A DNA stretch of 64,000 nt from a virus (lineage: Duplodnaviria; Caudoviricetes): positions 1 through 64,000 of the IMG/VR virus record IMGVR_UViG_3300007770_001239. One strand, given 5' to 3'. Under the pieces are notes generated by a model. The model worked only from the letters and a program-made list of their open reading frames with translations. It searched no databases and was not told the DNA's origin. A program made the translations under genes and the position numbers. The number at the start of each line of letters is the position of its first letter. Positions within the stretch are counted from its first letter, which is position 1. Below are positions 45,844-54,941 of the stretch, piece by piece.

Positions 45844-46743
45844 ATGAAATTATTAGTTACGGGTGGTGCTGGGTTTATTGGAAGTCACATCGTTGAAAAG
45901 TTACTTGATGAAGGTCACAGTGTAACTGTTATAGACAATGAAACAGGTCAGGCTTCTGACACATTCCACTGGAAAAAAGAAGCGCTAAACTACAAGATCG
46001 ATGTTACTAATTTCGACGCACTTTCGCAGGTATTCTTAGACCACGATTTTGATTTTGTTTTTCACCTAGCGGCAAAAACTAAGATTGTTCCTGCTATGAA
46101 AAACCCACCGCCGACGCTACTGGAAAACTATTCTGGGCTGTTAAATGTTTTAGAGCTTTCTCGTCTACATAACGTTAGGCGTGTAATATTTTCCTCATCA
46201 TCCTCAGTATACGGTGATCAAGCTATTCCACATCACGAAGAAAGCATTCCAGATTGTCTCAATCCGTATGCGTTAAGTAAGCTTCAGGGCGAAGCCCTTT
46301 GTAACCACTATTCTAGTGTTTTCGGCCTTGACACTGTTTGCCTAAGGTATTTTAATGTCTTCGGCGAGAGGATGCCCGAGAAGGGACAATACGCCCCTGT
46401 AATCGCTATATTTTTACGGCAACGCCGGAATGGCGAATCATTAACGATCGTAGGTGATGGTCACCAACGCCGCGACTTTGTTTACGTAGAAGACGTTGTG
46501 GATGCTAATGTTCAAGCTGCTTTCGCAAATGATAATTTTGAGGGAGATGTATTGAACGTTGGACATGGTTCGATGGTAAGCGTGTTGAAATTAGCAGAAC
46601 TAATATCTGATGATTTCGTTTATCTTCCCGAACGCTCTGGAGATGCAAAAAATACTCAGGCAGATATTACTAAGATATGCTCTTTGTTGGAGTGGTCTCC
46701 TACAACTGATGCGATCACCTGGGTTAAGGAGCTTTTAACATGA
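45844..46743 (+). CDS. NDP-sugar epimerase/dehydratase (extended SDR)
   Basis: TGGAGFIG, SSSSVYG, YALSK, LRYFNVFG, RDFVYV. Confidence 0.95.
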   Translation: MKLLVTGGAGFIGSHIVEKLLDEGHSVTVIDNETGQASDTFHWKKEALNYKIDVTNFDALSQVFLDHDFDFVFHLAAKTKIVPAMKNPPPTLLENYSGLLNVLELSRLHNVRRVIFSSSSSVYGDQAIPHHEESIPDCLNPYALSKLQGEALCNHYSSVFGLDTVCLRYFNVFGERMPEKGQYAPVIAIFLRQRRNGESLTIVGDGHQRRDFVYVEDVVDANVQAAFANDNFEGDVLNVGHGSMVSVLKLAELISDDFVYLPERSGDAKNTQADITKICSLLEWSPTTDAITWVKELLT

Positions 46744-47582
46744 AGCACTTAGTTTTAGGGTCAGCAGGACAGATTGGAGAAGCGTTATGTAGATTTCTCT
46801 CCAGTCAGGATGAAGAAGTTATTACATTTGATATTGTAGATTCTTCGCACGAAGATTTGCGTATTCATGATAACGCATTGCTGGATGAACGAGTCAAGTC
46901 TGCAGACTTTGTGTATTTTTTAGCCTATGATGTTGGTGGCGCTAGATATCTTGAGAAGAACCAAAGTAAGGCTTGGTTCATGAAAAACAATATGCAGTTA
47001 ATGTGTAATACATTTTCTGCTTTAGAACGTCATTCGAAACCATTTCTGTTCGCCTCAAGTCAAATGGCTGATATGAAACACTCATCTTATGGAAATCTTA
47101 AGTACATCGGCGAACAAATGACATTGGATCTTGGTGGTACAATCACGCGTTTTTGGAACGTGTACGGTCCTGAAAGAGATTTAGAAAAAGCTCATGTTAT
47201 TACTGACTTTGTCTTAAAGGCCCTGACTGAAAAGAAGATAGAAATGATGACAACCGGAGAAGAGACAAGACAGTTTCTCCATGCGACAGATTGCTGCCGT
47301 TGTCTTTATATGGTTTCTCAAGCTCCCCAAGAATTTTCTTCTAGATTTCTTGATATCACATCTTTTGAGTGGACGAAGATCATCGATATTGCTCATCTTA
47401 TCTCATCTTTGGCTGGTAACGTACCAGTTATTCCTGGAAAAAAACTTGACGAGGTTCAGAAAGATATGTCGATACCCCCCTCAAAAGAAATATTAAAATA
47501 TTGGGAGCCTGAGATTTCGCTCAGTGATGGAATCGAAGACATTAAAAATTTAGTAGAGGAAATACATGGAAAAGTATTATGA
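46740..47582 (+). CDS. NDP-sugar epimerase/dehydrogenase (extended SDR)
   Basis: GSAGQIG, YGNLK, RFWNVYG, RQFLH. Confidence 0.9.
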   Translation: MKHLVLGSAGQIGEALCRFLSSQDEEVITFDIVDSSHEDLRIHDNALLDERVKSADFVYFLAYDVGGARYLEKNQSKAWFMKNNMQLMCNTFSALERHSKPFLFASSQMADMKHSSYGNLKYIGEQMTLDLGGTITRFWNVYGPERDLEKAHVITDFVLKALTEKKIEMMTTGEETRQFLHATDCCRCLYMVSQAPQEFSSRFLDITSFEWTKIIDIAHLISSLAGNVPVIPGKKLDEVQKDMSIPPSKEILKYWEPEISLSDGIEDIKNLVEEIHGKVL

Positions 47583-48225
47583 TTATGATTTAGAGAAATA
47601 TGGATTTGTGTCTTTATTTCAAGAACTTTTTGGGAGGGAAGATTTAGAAAATCTCCATACAGACCTAGAAAAAGAATATGATTTTTTTAGCAAACCCGGT
47701 TCAGATTCTGACACCAGATTCCATAGAGTATTTTATGATAAGATGAGAGCCGGCTGGCCAGAATTTTTAGAAGCGTATAAAAGCCTTATCAGAGAAGAGA
47801 TAGTCTCCATCGTTGGTGCAAAAGATGAGTTAATATACCAAAAGTGGCCATCATTTAGGGTTCACTTACCAAATAATGTTGCTGTTGGTGGTTGGCACCG
47901 AGACGGAGATTATAATCATCCTTCAGGGGAGATTAATTTTATTCTTGCTCTTACAGAGATGTTTGAAAGTAATACAACGATAACAGAGACAGAGCCGAAT
48001 AAGATGGATTTTCGACAGCTGGAGCTAAATCCCGGACAGGTTGTTAGGTTCAACGGAAATCAATGCCTTCATGGAAACCTTCCGAATAAAACCGGTGTGA
48101 CAAGGGTAAGTTTCGATTTTAGAGTAATGCTACCTGAGAGTTATGATTCGAGTCATAAATTGACCTCCTTAAGCAAAGGGAATAAATTTTTAATTGGTCA
48201 TTATTACGAGGTTATGAAAATATGA
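47566..48225 (+). CDS. 2OG-Fe(II) oxygenase-like (StrG-like) protein
   Basis: WHRDGDYNH (HxD), CLHGN (distal His), TRVSFDFR. Confidence 0.75.
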   Translation: MEKYYDYDLEKYGFVSLFQELFGREDLENLHTDLEKEYDFFSKPGSDSDTRFHRVFYDKMRAGWPEFLEAYKSLIREEIVSIVGAKDELIYQKWPSFRVHLPNNVAVGGWHRDGDYNHPSGEINFILALTEMFESNTTITETEPNKMDFRQLELNPGQVVRFNGNQCLHGNLPNKTGVTRVSFDFRVMLPESYDSSHKLTSLSKGNKFLIGHYYEVMKI

Positions 48226-49151
48226 AAGTGCTTGTTACAGGCGGAACAGGAATGGTCGGTTCAGGTTTTAGGGATGTAAATACAGAGCATGAGTTGATTC
48301 TTGTAGGCTCTAAGCAATATGATTTGAGGTCACAGCGTGACACCCGGCTCATGATGACAAACCATACGCCTGATGCAGTGGTCCACCTCGCTGCGAGAGT
48401 GGGAGGTGTAAAAGGAAATACCGATTTCGTGGCTGATTTCTTTTCAGACAATGTTAGGATGAATACAAACGTCTTACAGGCATCAAAAAAGTTTGGTGTT
48501 TCTAAGGTTGTGTCTCTTTTGTCTACCTGCGTTTATCCTGATAAAGTAAATTATCCACTGACAGAAGATCAAATACATAACGGCCCTCCCCACCCCAGTA
48601 ATTTCGGTTATGCGTACGCAAAGAGGATGCTGGATGTACACTCAAGGGCACTAAGGCAGCAATATGGATGTAACTTCATCTGTGCGGTACCAAACAATCT
48701 GTACGGCCCTCATGATAATTTCGATCTAGAAAATGGGCATGTAATTCCAGCTATAATGAGAAAGGTTCTGGAAGCTAAACAGACTGGCACTCCACCAACT
48801 TTCTGGAGTGATGGTTCAGCGTTTAGAGAGTTCACATTTGCACCAGATCTTTCAAAGATTTTGCTGCATTTGTTAAACGAGTACAATGACGCTGATCCTG
48901 TTAATATTGGTATAACCGAGGAAAGAAGCATTGCGTCTGTAGTTGAATTAGTCTGTCAAAATCTTGAGTATGATGGTGATGTGTCATGGGACAGATCGAA
49001 GCCAGCAGGCCAGTTTAGAAAACCGAGTAATAACGATAAACTTGCATCAACCGGATGGAATCGTTCTTATTATACTTCTTTTGAAGACGGACTGAAGAGA
49101 ACTTGCGATTGGTTTGTTGAGAATTATCCCAATGTGAGAGGAATGGAATGA
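48222..49151 (+). CDS. fcl: GDP-L-fucose synthase
   Basis: [50 protein letters not shown]. Confidence 0.95.
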   Translation: MKVLVTGGTGMVGSGFRDVNTEHELILVGSKQYDLRSQRDTRLMMTNHTPDAVVHLAARVGGVKGNTDFVADFFSDNVRMNTNVLQASKKFGVSKVVSLLSTCVYPDKVNYPLTEDQIHNGPPHPSNFGYAYAKRMLDVHSRALRQQYGCNFICAVPNNLYGPHDNFDLENGHVIPAIMRKVLEAKQTGTPPTFWSDGSAFREFTFAPDLSKILLHLLNEYNDADPVNIGITEERSIASVVELVCQNLEYDGDVSWDRSKPAGQFRKPSNNDKLASTGWNRSYYTSFEDGLKRTCDWFVENYPNVRGME

Positions 49152-50185
49152 AGACTGCTTTAGTAACGGGCGTGACAGGTCAAGATGGATCCTATTTGGC
49201 AGAGCTATTACTCGAGAAAGGGTATAGGGTTGTTGGTCTAAAAAGACGAACAAGTTTAATATCAACAGACAGATTAGATCACATTTATCACAACCCTATG
49301 TTCTGTCTAGAGTATTATTCTTTACATGATCCGACTACGCTATATCGGCTTTTAGAAGAATATGAACCAGAAGAATTTTATAATCTAGCTGCGCAGTCTC
49401 ATGTTCGTGTGTCATTTGATGTCCCCCTTGAGACGGTTGATACAATCGCGATGGGTACTCTTAGAATTTTGGAAGCCATTAGGTTTGTCAATAAGGACAT
49501 AAAGGTTTATCAGGCTTCATCTTCTGAAATGTTTGGAGACAATCCAGAGTATCCTCAATCAGAGAAAACTGTTTTAATGCCTGCGAGCCCTTACGCTTGT
49601 GCAAAAGTTTTTGCTCATAATCTGTGCCGAAATTATCGTGAGTCTTATGATATGCACATTTCTAGTGGAATTCTTTTTAACCATGAGTCCCCACGAAGGG
49701 GCAAGACTTTCGTGACCCGAAAGATAACACTTGCGGCTGCCAGAATTAAGCTCGGCCTGCAGGAAAAATTGTTTCTAGGAAATCTTTCCGCTAAAAGAGA
49801 TTGGGGATTTGCTGGTGATTATGTAGAAGCAATGTGGCTGATGCTTCAGCAAGATTCGCCAGATGACTATGTCATAGCTACGGGGGAGACTCACTCTGTA
49901 CAAGAGTGGCTAGATACTGTTTTTGAAGCAGCCGGATTACCAGTAGACGGTAACGTCGAGATAGATAACAGGTTATTTCGACCTCAGGAAGTGCCTATAC
50001 TGCTGGGCGATCCGACCAAGGCAAATGTTAAGCTTGGGTGGCAACCCAAAACCAAATTCAAGAGTCTGGCAGCCTTAATGCAAGCTGAAGATTTTCAGCT
50101 ATCTTTACAAGAGCTCCGCGTCCGGGGACATGATCCTGAACCTGAGGCATGGATGCCAGGCCGTAAGATGAAGTTTAAAGGGTAA
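49148..50185 (+). CDS. gmd: GDP-mannose 4,6-dehydratase
   Basis: [55 protein letters not shown]. Confidence 0.97.
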   Translation: MKTALVTGVTGQDGSYLAELLLEKGYRVVGLKRRTSLISTDRLDHIYHNPMFCLEYYSLHDPTTLYRLLEEYEPEEFYNLAAQSHVRVSFDVPLETVDTIAMGTLRILEAIRFVNKDIKVYQASSSEMFGDNPEYPQSEKTVLMPASPYACAKVFAHNLCRNYRESYDMHISSGILFNHESPRRGKTFVTRKITLAAARIKLGLQEKLFLGNLSAKRDWGFAGDYVEAMWLMLQQDSPDDYVIATGETHSVQEWLDTVFEAAGLPVDGNVEIDNRLFRPQEVPILLGDPTKANVKLGWQPKTKFKSLAALMQAEDFQLSLQELRVRGHDPEPEAWMPGRKMKFKG

Positions 50186-50188
50186 TAC

Positions 50189-51061
50189 ATGATGAATATT
50201 CCAGATCCAGAACAAATTTCCTTTCCGACCGGGAAGCCTCACGTTTCTTATTCTGAGGTCCGCTGTTGGAGAGAGTGTCCTCATCGTCACAGGTTATTGT
50301 ATATCGATAAGGTTGGTGTAGATGAGCCATCGCCCTATCTTTCCTATGGGTCAGCTGTGCATGATGGGATCGAAAAATTTCTTGAAACAGGTCAAATGGA
50401 CATCCCATCAGTGCTGGAAAATATCCGGAGTGAATGGGATAAACATGGGTTCGATTCTAAGGAATGGATCCGCGGTCAAGCGGATCACAGAAAATCTCAA
50501 GGATGGAAGCCAAAAGCGCATGATTATATAGACAGCTGGCTCGAGTGGGCTACAAATTCATTAGAAGAGCTGCCCATATTTTTAACAGAGCAATTTGGTG
50601 AATATGAAGTCGTATCCGCAGAAGAGCAACTTTATGAATTTTTCCCCAATTATGACATCTTTTTTAAGGGTTTCATTGATGCGATTCTAAAGGTAGAAAT
50701 TCGAGGCAAAGAATATTATTACGTTATTGATTGGAAGACTGCTGGTGATAAGGGTTGGTTCGCTAGCAAGAAAAGAGACATTTTAACGTGGGCTCAAATA
50801 GCGCTTTATAAATCATTTTGGAAAGATAAGAATGAGCTGGACATAAAGCAGGTCCGCTGTGGATTTGTTCTATTAAAAAGGGGTGCCAAGCCAGGCTCTA
50901 CTTGCGATCTCGTCCCGGTTTCGGTTGGTCCTAAAGCTGAAGAAAATGCGCTGTCAATACTTCGTAGTATGATAAAAACCGTACGTCGCGGAATATTCTT
51001 AAAGAATCGAGAGTCTTGTAGGTTCTGTGAATTTAAGAACACAACCCATTGTCCAGGTTGA
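50189..51061 (+). CDS. PD-(D/E)XK nuclease (RecB/Cas4-like, Cys-ligated)
   Basis: SYSE..WRECP, YGSAVH, GFIDA, VIDWKT, Q..LY, CRFCEFK..HC. Confidence 0.85.
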   Translation: MMNIPDPEQISFPTGKPHVSYSEVRCWRECPHRHRLLYIDKVGVDEPSPYLSYGSAVHDGIEKFLETGQMDIPSVLENIRSEWDKHGFDSKEWIRGQADHRKSQGWKPKAHDYIDSWLEWATNSLEELPIFLTEQFGEYEVVSAEEQLYEFFPNYDIFFKGFIDAILKVEIRGKEYYYVIDWKTAGDKGWFASKKRDILTWAQIALYKSFWKDKNELDIKQVRCGFVLLKRGAKPGSTCDLVPVSVGPKAEENALSILRSMIKTVRRGIFLKNRESCRFCEFKNTTHCPG

Positions 51062-51116
51062 ACAGATATACTTTAGGATGATCTTTAATATGATTATCCA
51101 CGCTGACGAGGATTAG

Positions 51117-52370
51117 ATGCTAGAAAAAAAGAAGTATAAAATATTGATGTTATCCGACCATGCCTTGAGTACATCAGGCGTCGGATGTCAATCTCGATTT
51201 TTAATTGAGGGTCTAATAAAGAAAGGCTGCTGGACTGTGCGTCAATTTGGCGCAGCTTTAAAGCATAATGATTATAGCGCTGTCCAGATTAACCCTGACT
51301 TTATTATTAAGCCGATTGACGGATTTGGTGATCCGAATGTTTTACGCTTGGCACTAGCGACAGAAAAACCAGATATTCTTTTTATTTTTACCGACCCACG
51401 ATTTTTTACGTGGTTATGGGAGATGGAGGATGAGATACATCAGCTATGTCCCATAGCGTACTGGCATGTGTGGGATAATTTCCCTCGACCTGATTTTAAC
51501 GATGCGTATTACGGATCTACTGACTTGATTAATTGTCATTCATATTTGACATATGAGATTGTAAATGAGCGGTTCCCTGAGCGGACTAACTTCATTCCGC
51601 ATGCTTTGCCTGATGAGATATTTTTTCCGCTTCCAGAGAATCAAAAGAAGATGTGGAAAGAAAAAATATTAGGTTTTGAAAATCGCGATTGCTTTACTGC
51701 ATTTTGGGTTAATAGAAATGCAAAACGAAAGCGCCCAGCAGACGTAATCTGGGCGTGGAAATTATTTTTAGATAAATTAGAAGACAAGAACAGCGCTATG
51801 CTTCTCATGCATACGGATCCATTTGATATGGAAGGGCCCAATCTTGTTGAGGTTGCGAAAAAATTAGGTGTCATTGACAGGGTTACTTTTTCAAGGGAGC
51901 GTATCGAGTTTGATCAAATGAATATTTTGCATAACGTGTCAGATTGTTGCGTCAATATAGCTTTTGCAGAAGGATTTGGTTTGGCGACTCTTGAAGCCAT
52001 GAAGGTTGGGAAACCAATAATAGCTGGTAAGACGGGCGGTCTAACAAGACAGGTCGTCGATCATCGTGACGGATCAGAAAACGGTATTGCTTTAGATATT
52101 CGCTCAAAAAGTATAGTCGGATCGCAGCAGGTACCCTACATTTATGAAGACTATGTGTCCATCGAAGAAACAGCAGATGCATTCTACAAATTATACTCAA
52201 TGTCAGATGACGAACGTAGCAGTCTTGGAAATAAAGCAAGAGAATATGTGCAGGCCGAATTTGCGATGCAAAAGACTATAGACCTCTGGCATGATAGTTT
52301 AATGAACTTAGTACAAGATTGGGAGTCTGGCCAACGAGCAGTTAACCGATTCGAGATAAGGGAGATATGA
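51117..52370 (+). CDS. GT4 glycosyltransferase
   Basis: VNRNAKRKR, AEGFGLATLEAMKVGKPII. Confidence 0.95.
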   Translation: MLEKKKYKILMLSDHALSTSGVGCQSRFLIEGLIKKGCWTVRQFGAALKHNDYSAVQINPDFIIKPIDGFGDPNVLRLALATEKPDILFIFTDPRFFTWLWEMEDEIHQLCPIAYWHVWDNFPRPDFNDAYYGSTDLINCHSYLTYEIVNERFPERTNFIPHALPDEIFFPLPENQKKMWKEKILGFENRDCFTAFWVNRNAKRKRPADVIWAWKLFLDKLEDKNSAMLLMHTDPFDMEGPNLVEVAKKLGVIDRVTFSRERIEFDQMNILHNVSDCCVNIAFAEGFGLATLEAMKVGKPIIAGKTGGLTRQVVDHRDGSENGIALDIRSKSIVGSQQVPYIYEDYVSIEETADAFYKLYSMSDDERSSLGNKAREYVQAEFAMQKTIDLWHDSLMNLVQDWESGQRAVNRFEIREI

Positions 52371-52371
52371 T

Positions 52372-53550
52372 ATGAACGTCATTATGAGAGGCCCATTACT
52401 TTCCATTAGTGGTTATGGCGTCCATGCAAGACAAGTTTTTTCTTGGGCTCATTCAAAGGGCTGGAATATTAACTGTCATGTTCTACCTTGGGGGATAACG
52501 CCCTTCTACATTGATCCTGACAAATTAAACGGTATGATCGGTAAGGTGATGGAATGCACCGCACCGTTCCATCCCCAGCTGTCAGTTGACCTTTCATTAC
52601 AGATACAGCTGCCCAATGAGTGGGACCCCAATCTAGCTAGGGTAAATATTGGTATCACTGCGGGTGTTGAGGGAACCACATGCTCTCCTGAGTGGATAGC
52701 TGCGTGTAATAGAATGGATCATGTTGTTGTACCAAGTACATTTACAAAGGACCTATTTGTACGAGGGGGAGTAAGCGAAGATAAAATATCTGCTATTCCA
52801 GAAGCTTTTACTTGCAATTTTGAGGAAACTGCGGGTTCCCAAAGATTGTTAGACGGGTTAGCCGATCTTCCTACGAGCTTTAATTTCCTTATATTTGGGC
52901 AGATTACAGGAACTTCTCCCGAAACTGATAGAAAGAATACTTTCTATAATATCAAATGGTTATGTGAATTATTTGCTAATGATCCAGATGTGGGTATTAT
53001 AGTCAAGACGAACATGGGAAGACTGACAGTAAGAGATAGAGAAGAGTCAACGAACATATTAAGAGAAGTAGTAGGACAGGTCCGTCAAGGTCCGTATCCA
53101 AGATTTTATCTGGCCCATGGATTGATGGATGAAAGTGAGATTACATCGCTATATAAGAGTGAGAGTGTCAAGGCTCTTGTCGCTCCAACCCGCGGCGAGG
53201 GCTGGGGGCTGCCTATTTTAGACGCCGCTGTGTGCGGCCTTCCTATAATTGCAACCAATTGGTCTGGTCATTTGGATTTTTTGAAAGACGTGAAATTTTT
53301 GTCATTGGACTATGACCTTGTACCCGTCCATCCCGATAAGATCGATGGAAGTATATTCGTCGAGGGATGTAAGTGGGCAGAGGTACGTGAATCGCATTTT
53401 AAGTCTAGGCTGAAGAAATTCCGAAAGGGTTCCGACCTCCCGACTCAATGGGCTACCCAAGCCGCTCCTCACGTTACTGAAAACTTTAATCTTACAAAGA
53501 TTTTTTCTATATATGATGAGAAGCTTGGGGGATTAATTGACGGGTCTTGA
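52372..53550 (+). CDS. GT4 glycosyltransferase
   Basis: SGYGVHAR, VVVPSTF, TRGEGWGLPILDAAVCGLPIIATNWSGH. Confidence 0.95.
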   Translation: MNVIMRGPLLSISGYGVHARQVFSWAHSKGWNINCHVLPWGITPFYIDPDKLNGMIGKVMECTAPFHPQLSVDLSLQIQLPNEWDPNLARVNIGITAGVEGTTCSPEWIAACNRMDHVVVPSTFTKDLFVRGGVSEDKISAIPEAFTCNFEETAGSQRLLDGLADLPTSFNFLIFGQITGTSPETDRKNTFYNIKWLCELFANDPDVGIIVKTNMGRLTVRDREESTNILREVVGQVRQGPYPRFYLAHGLMDESEITSLYKSESVKALVAPTRGEGWGLPILDAAVCGLPIIATNWSGHLDFLKDVKFLSLDYDLVPVHPDKIDGSIFVEGCKWAEVRESHFKSRLKKFRKGSDLPTQWATQAAPHVTENFNLTKIFSIYDEKLGGLIDGS

Positions 53551-53836
53551 AATAAGTCTAACGGTTGTCTGCGTCTTGCTGTTCCTCAGCACTTTTGTGC
53601 TCTCATTTTATGCGTACAAATTTGGTATTACCATTTTGAAAGTTGAGGACGCTGTAGAAGAGTCTTTGGATATTTTAGACGAGAGGTATGCATCAATATC
53701 TGAAGTCTTAGAAATTCCTTTATTCGATGACAGTCCACAAATAAAAACTGTACATACGGATATAAAAAGATCACGAGATGCCATACTGAATATAGCGAAT
53801 GTTTTGACTAACGGGATCATCGATGAGGAGGAATAG
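53537..53836 (+). CDS. Small membrane protein
   Basis: N-terminal TM helix; TTG start. Confidence 0.7.
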   Translation: MTGLEISLTVVCVLLFLSTFVLSFYAYKFGITILKVEDAVEESLDILDERYASISEVLEIPLFDDSPQIKTVHTDIKRSRDAILNIANVLTNGIIDEEE

Positions 53837-53838
53837 CG

Positions 53839-54564
53839 GTGGCTAGAAGAAAAATTAGAAGAAATCCCGGTAAGAAGCGGAACATGTATTTTAACAAAGA
53901 TACGCAAGCTTCTATTGAGGCGTACCAAAATTCTGATGATATGTCTGAGAAGGAAATAATCTACAGAAAAGATATAATGCCAGCATTTGAGCAGTTATCT
54001 GAAAGCTTAATATTCGTGTATGGGTTTAATTCTCCGTATGAATCAATGGCTTCAATGAAGGGTGATTGTGTTGCTTTTTTATACGAAACCATTCATAAGT
54101 GGGATCCGGCCAGGGGAACAAAGGCTTTTTCATATTTTAACGTAGTGGCAAAGAATTGGCTAATAATAAGATGTCGAAATGCAAAGAAGAATGATCATCG
54201 TCACGTTTCTATGTCTGATTTATCGATCTTAAATTCAGCAGATAAAGCGAAAATAGCTGAAAGTAAGGTCGCGCCATCTCCCCAAGACATTTTAGAGAAA
54301 GAAGAATTGCGCGATAGGATAATGGATGTTATCAATGAAATCGATTCTCGTGTCAAGAAGCCGAATGAAGTGTTATGCGCGAAAGCAATAAGGACTGTCT
54401 TCGAAAATATTGATAATTTAGACTTCTTAAATAAGCGTGCAATATACGTTTACGTTCGTGAGATTTCAGGCCTAACATCTAAGCAGCTGTCGGTATCGAT
54501 GTCAAAGATTAGAAAGCACTATAAAGAGATCGTCCATGACGATAGAATTGTAGACCTTCTGTAG
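53839..54564 (+). CDS. Phage sigma-factor-like protein (gp55-type late sigma candidate)
   Basis: YFNKDTQ..I..Y; DCVAFLYETIHKWDPARGTKAFSYFNVVAKNWL resembles sigma region 2 (FDPxKGxxFSY). Confidence 0.75.
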   Translation: MARRKIRRNPGKKRNMYFNKDTQASIEAYQNSDDMSEKEIIYRKDIMPAFEQLSESLIFVYGFNSPYESMASMKGDCVAFLYETIHKWDPARGTKAFSYFNVVAKNWLIIRCRNAKKNDHRHVSMSDLSILNSADKAKIAESKVAPSPQDILEKEELRDRIMDVINEIDSRVKKPNEVLCAKAIRTVFENIDNLDFLNKRAIYVYVREISGLTSKQLSVSMSKIRKHYKEIVHDDRIVDLL

Positions 54565-54572
54565 GAAACGCC

Positions 54573-54941
54573 ATGACAAAGAAGATAGAAGAAACCGTAA
54601 AAGATTTTAAGCAGCTAGATAAAAAAATCGCTGAGTTCGATAAAGTACTTCAAAAAATTGAACATGCCGATAATAAGAAAAAGCTACTTTGGAAAGAAAT
54701 TTACGAAAATGCTTCATTAGACAGACAGAATGCTCATATATTGTTTGTCGAGGCGTATACAACGATGAGCCAAGGAACTACTGAACACGCAACATTAGGC
54801 ACCACACTGACAAAATATCTTGAAAGAATGAGCAAGTCAAATGAGCAACTTTTGAAGCTAGCTGACCTTATATCTAAATCAGAGAGTGATCATGCATCGA
54901 TAAATGCAGATGAATTATTCTCTAAAATCCAGGATGAATAA
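54573..54941 (+). CDS. Hypothetical helical protein
   Basis: Coiled-coil-like ORF between the sigma-like and baseplate genes. Confidence 0.75.
   Translation: MTKKIEETVKDFKQLDKKIAEFDKVLQKIEHADNKKKLLWKEIYENASLDRQNAHILFVEAYTTMSQGTTEHATLGTTLTKYLERMSKSNEQLLKLADLISKSESDHASINADELFSKIQDE

Noticed and set aside
50189-51061. Cas4 or CRISPR adaptation module
   Set aside because: No cas1/cas2 or array; solo Cas4/RecB-like nucleases are common in phages.
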